This document shows, one piece after another, positions 60,740 to 64,000 of a DNA stretch of 64,000 nucleotides. The notes under the pieces were generated by a model. That model did not search any database. It saw only the letters and a list, made by a program, of their open reading frames with translations, and was not told the origin of the DNA. The translations under genes were made by a program, and so were the position numbers. Position 1 is the first letter of the stretch; the number at the start of each line of letters is the position of its first letter. Location: assembly GCA_965248695.1 (NCBI GenBank), contig CBDFKD010000002.1, positions 4,480,001 to 4,544,000 on the forward strand, written 5' to 3'. This DNA is from Acidobacteriota bacterium (GTDB lineage Bacteria; Acidobacteriota; UBA890; WLXD01).

Positions 60740-61518
60740 GCAGCGGCTCGCCGGATCTCGGGTTCACCCGCAAGGAGATGATGATCGTCCAGTCGGCGCG
60801 CGCGCTCGCGGGCGAGAAGATCTGCTTTGTCGGTGTGGGTATGCCGAACATTGCCGTGAACCTCGCCAAGCGCACCGTGTCGCCCGATATCCAGATGGTC
60901 TACGAGGCCGGCGTCTTCGGCGCGGCTCCGGCGCGCTTGCCCTTGTCGATCGGCGACCCGACGCTGGTTACCGGCGCGATTGCGGCCACCAGCATGTTCG
61001 AGCTCTTCGCCTACTACTTGCAGGCCGGCCTCATCGACGTGGGGTTCCTGCAGGGGGCGCAGATCGACCGCTACGGCAACCTGAACACAACCACCATCGG
61101 TGATTACGATAGCCCGAAGGTTCGGCTGCCAGGGTCGGGGGGCGCTTGCGAGATTGCCATCAACGCGCGCCGCATCTTCATCATCATGCCGCAAAAGCGG
61201 CGCTCGTTTGTCGAGCAGCTCAGCTTCCAGACGTCACCGGGACACAATCCCGATCCGAGCGCGAAGCGCAGCAGTGGCTGGCTCGGAACCGGGCCACAGG
61301 TGGTGATCACGGATCTCGCCGAATACGGGTTCGCCGAGCGCACCGGCGAGATGACGCTGCGGTCGCTTCACCCGGGCGTGTCGCTGGATGAAGTTCTCGA
61401 CAACACCAGCTGGCAGCTCAAAGTGGCTGATGATGTCGGCAGCACGCCAGTGCCGACCGCCGAGGAGCTCCGCTTGATTCGCGAGGAGCTCGATCGCGAG
61501 GGCCGCTACTCGCGATGA
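60736..61518 (+). CDS. CoA-transferase subunit B, CatJ/GctB type
   Basis: CFVGVG.P, YEAG (catalytic Glu), LPLSIGD, AQIDRYGNLNTT, RLPGSGGA.EIA. Confidence 0.88.
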   Translation: MSSGSPDLGFTRKEMMIVQSARALAGEKICFVGVGMPNIAVNLAKRTVSPDIQMVYEAGVFGAAPARLPLSIGDPTLVTGAIAATSMFELFAYYLQAGLIDVGFLQGAQIDRYGNLNTTTIGDYDSPKVRLPGSGGACEIAINARRIFIIMPQKRRSFVEQLSFQTSPGHNPDPSAKRSSGWLGTGPQVVITDLAEYGFAERTGEMTLRSLHPGVSLDEVLDNTSWQLKVADDVGSTPVPTAEELRLIREELDREGRYSR

Positions 61519-62840
61519 GCCATATCTTCCCGCGGACGTCCGGGCCGCCGCGCACGGCGGTTGCTGCCGATGGCGTGTGGATCACCGATGCTGACGGCAA
61601 GCGGTATCTCGACGGATGCGGAGGCGCCATCGTGGTCAATATCGGCCACGGTGTCGCCGCGATCCAGCAAGCGATGAGCGCGCAAGCCGAGAAGATCTCG
61701 TACGTTCACGCCACCGACTTCACCACCGAGGCCGTCGAACAGTTGGGCTCGACGCTAGCGCCGTACGTTCCGATGGACGCGCCGGCGGTTTACCCGGTAT
61801 CGGGAGGTGGCGAGGCCATCGAGACCGCCTTCAAGATGGCGCGCTCCTTCCACCTCGCCAACGGTCATGAGGGTCGACACAAGATCATTGCCCGACTGGG
61901 CTCCTACCACGGCAATACTGTCGGGGCGCTCGATGCCAGCGGGCGTGCCCCGTTGCGCGCTCCGTATCTTCCCTGGCTCGACAAGGCGATCCACGTGCCG
62001 CCGGTGTACGAGTACCGCTGCTCGATGTCCCAACACCCCGTCGGCTGCGGCCGCGCCCACGCCGACGTATTGGAGCGCGTGATTCTCGAGCAGGGGCCAG
62101 ACACGGTGGCGGCATTCGTCGCCGAGCCCATCGTCGGCGCCACGCTCGGTGCGGCGGTGCCACCCGACGACTACTGGCCGGCCGTCGCCGAGGTCTGTTC
62201 CCGCCACGGCGTCCTGCTGATCGCCGACGAGGTGATGACCGGCTTTGGCCGTACAGGAACCTGGTTCGGGGTCGACCATTGGGGAATACACCCGGACATT
62301 ATCGCCAGCGCCAAGGGGTGTTCAGCAGGGTATTGGCCTCTCGGCCTGGCGATTGCGAGCGGCGAGGTCGCCGAGACCCTCGGCCAGGCCGGTTTCGTGC
62401 ATGGATTCACCTACTCCCACCACGCCGTCGGTGCCGCCGTAGGAACGGCGGTGGTCGAGCGGCTCGTACGCGACGGCCTGGTTGAACGATCGCGCATCAA
62501 GGGCGAGCGCCTCAAGACAACCCTCGAGCAGGCACTGGGCGACCACCGGTGCGTTGGCGATATCCGCGGTCGCGGCCTGCTCGTTGGCCTCGAGTTGGTG
62601 GCCCAGCCCGACAGCAAGCAGCCGTTCCCACGCTCCGACCGGATGGCAGAACGTGTCGTCGAAGCCTGCATGCAACGAGGTTTGATGGTTTACCCCAACA
62701 CCGGATTCCTCGGCGATGACGGTGCCGGTGATCTCATTCTCATCGGGCCTCCGTTCGTCATCACGGACGAAGAGATGGATCAAATGGTCGAGATCATCAG
62801 CTCGGTGCTCGCCGAGATCGAGACTCTGCCGCCCGCGTAA
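61515..62840 (+). CDS. Class III aminotransferase, YodT/beta-amino-acid type
   Basis: YLDGCGGA...NIGHG, SYHG, AEPIVGA, DEVMTGFGRTG, AKG, HGFTYS. Confidence 0.9.
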   Translation: MSHIFPRTSGPPRTAVAADGVWITDADGKRYLDGCGGAIVVNIGHGVAAIQQAMSAQAEKISYVHATDFTTEAVEQLGSTLAPYVPMDAPAVYPVSGGGEAIETAFKMARSFHLANGHEGRHKIIARLGSYHGNTVGALDASGRAPLRAPYLPWLDKAIHVPPVYEYRCSMSQHPVGCGRAHADVLERVILEQGPDTVAAFVAEPIVGATLGAAVPPDDYWPAVAEVCSRHGVLLIADEVMTGFGRTGTWFGVDHWGIHPDIIASAKGCSAGYWPLGLAIASGEVAETLGQAGFVHGFTYSHHAVGAAVGTAVVERLVRDGLVERSRIKGERLKTTLEQALGDHRCVGDIRGRGLLVGLELVAQPDSKQPFPRSDRMAERVVEACMQRGLMVYPNTGFLGDDGAGDLILIGPPFVITDEEMDQMVEIISSVLAEIETLPPA

Positions 62841-62883
62841 CCGGCCGTCGCCGTCCCACGGCGCGACCTATTGATCGGAGGTC

Positions 62884-63110
62884 CGGCGCGAAAGCCGCAT
62901 GGGTCCGTTGGCCGGGCCCGACCGGCACCGAGATCGGCACCTCGGGCGGGGCCCCGGTCGATGGACTCGGGAAGTGAATGCGGCGGAGAGGTCGCGGGTC
63001 TCCCGACCGAGGTAGCCGAGCTCGCTGCAGGTGGGGCCCGGCCGACAGAACCCCGCGCCCTTCACCCTCCTCCGCAGACACGGCCAACGGACACTGACAG
63101 CTTCGCGCCG
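62884..63110. repeat. Structured intergenic element with ~30-bp imperfect terminal inverted repeat
   Basis: CGGCGCGAA...GTCCGTTGGCCG (62884-62914) vs CGGCCAACGGAC...TTCGCGCCG (63081-63110), with nested hairpins, between convergent genes. Confidence 0.5.
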
Positions 63111-63134
63111 CTCATCCGGCGACCACGCGGAGCG

Positions 63135-64000
63135 CTACTCCTCCGAGTCGTCCTCTTCTCCCTCCGGCTTCGGTGGCCGAGGCCGATCGAGCCACAGCCT
63201 CACGCCTCCGCCCCAGTGAGCAGCGCCCTTGCGATCGACGCTGTGCTCGCCCTCGTAGAGGTAATCGAGGATCGCTTTGTCCCACTGCAGGCCGGCGGTT
63301 GCGACGATGTCCATCCAGTCGCCGTAGGCGGTTTCGTCCGGTGCCTCGGTGCTGCCGGTCCAGATCGTCACGCGCGGGTTGAACCCACCCCCGAAGGCGC
63401 CGCCCTCACCGGAGCGACCTCCCTTCAAGGGCATCTGGACGTTGACCCCGTTGGTCATGTCCTGCCGGTAGATGACCGGCTCATACTCGCCGCCGTAGCG
63501 CTGGTAGCGATCGTAGGCACGCTCGTTCATGGCACGCACGTTTTCCGCCGCGTTGATGTAGCGCGTCACGTAGTCGCGAATGCTGAACGCCGCATCCTTG
63601 TGGCGCGGGAAGTCGGGATCGTCCAGGTAGCCGAAGCCGGGGATGAACCAGCCGCGGTTGACGCTCCAGTTGCGTTCGGTGATGCGACCGCGACGCACCA
63701 GCCCGGCGTACTCGGAGAACAGCTGGACGACTTCGTGGGACGGATAACCGTGCGGGTTGAGGAAGATGTCGGGCAGCCACGTCCGCCACAGCGTCGGCCG
63801 AACCTTCGACTCCGGGTAAATGGGCATGTCTTCACGCCCACCGTTGGTTGCATCCTGCCCCAGCGAGCCCAGGTATCCGGCGTGGAGGATGAAGTCGGGC
63901 GTGATCTCGTACAGGTCATAGGCCAGCTGCGCGCCGTCCGGATTGGTGAACGGATGGATGATCACGTTCACATCCAGCAGCTTCTTCTTGAACTCGTCGT
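63135..64000 (-). CDS. M14-family zinc carboxypeptidase-like protein, 5' part outside window
   Basis: PFTNPDG, PES, LNPHG and TEAP motifs; reading frame stays open to the window edge. Confidence 0.7.
   Translation of the reverse strand, partial: DEFKKKLLDVNVIIHPFTNPDGAQLAYDLYEITPDFILHAGYLGSLGQDATNGGREDMPIYPESKVRPTLWRTWLPDIFLNPHGYPSHEVVQLFSEYAGLVRRGRITERNWSVNRGWFIPGFGYLDDPDFPRHKDAAFSIRDYVTRYINAAENVRAMNERAYDRYQRYGGEYEPVIYRQDMTNGVNVQMPLKGGRSGEGGAFGGGFNPRVTIWTGSTEAPDETAYGDWMDIVATAGLQWDKAILDYLYEGEHSVDRKGAAHWGGGVRLWLDRPRPPKPEGEEDDSEE

Overview
High-GC bacterial chromosomal window; gene content and order suggest Acidobacteriota, but that is inference. The left ~28 kb is mostly core: a sulfate-activation cluster (cysQ, small RHH protein, sat, cysC cut by the window edge), purC, CIRCE-controlled groES-groEL, skp, rnpB, ssb, a full tol-pal-cpoB operon, recN, mtnP-pfkB-coaX, tonB-plsC-folE-like and a LonC-type protease. 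The right ~36 kb is accessory: duplicated secreted proteins, a carnitine dehydrogenase/BKACE pair, two CBM9/DUF5916 outer-membrane proteins, soxD-soxC, several hydrolases and an amino-acid catabolic locus. The best candidate for an undescribed system is at 55.2-62.8 kb. There a KamA-family radical-SAM aminomutase is divergent from a five-gene operon encoding a P5C-dehydrogenase-like ALDH, an ornithine/omega-aminotransferase-like enzyme, a CatIJ-type 3-oxoadipate CoA-transferase and a YodT-like aminotransferase. Together these could form a lysine -> beta-lysine -> 3-aminoadipate -> 3-oxoadipate route. Other notable items: two divergent ~277-bp CTAG-flanked elements with 34-bp terminal inverted repeats and covarying internal structure, tandem repeats after rnpB that copy its 3' P1 strand, and a C-terminal helix motif shared by CysC and the RHH protein. 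No CRISPR array, tRNA, rRNA or transposase gene was seen. All family calls come from motif recognition by eye, not database searches.
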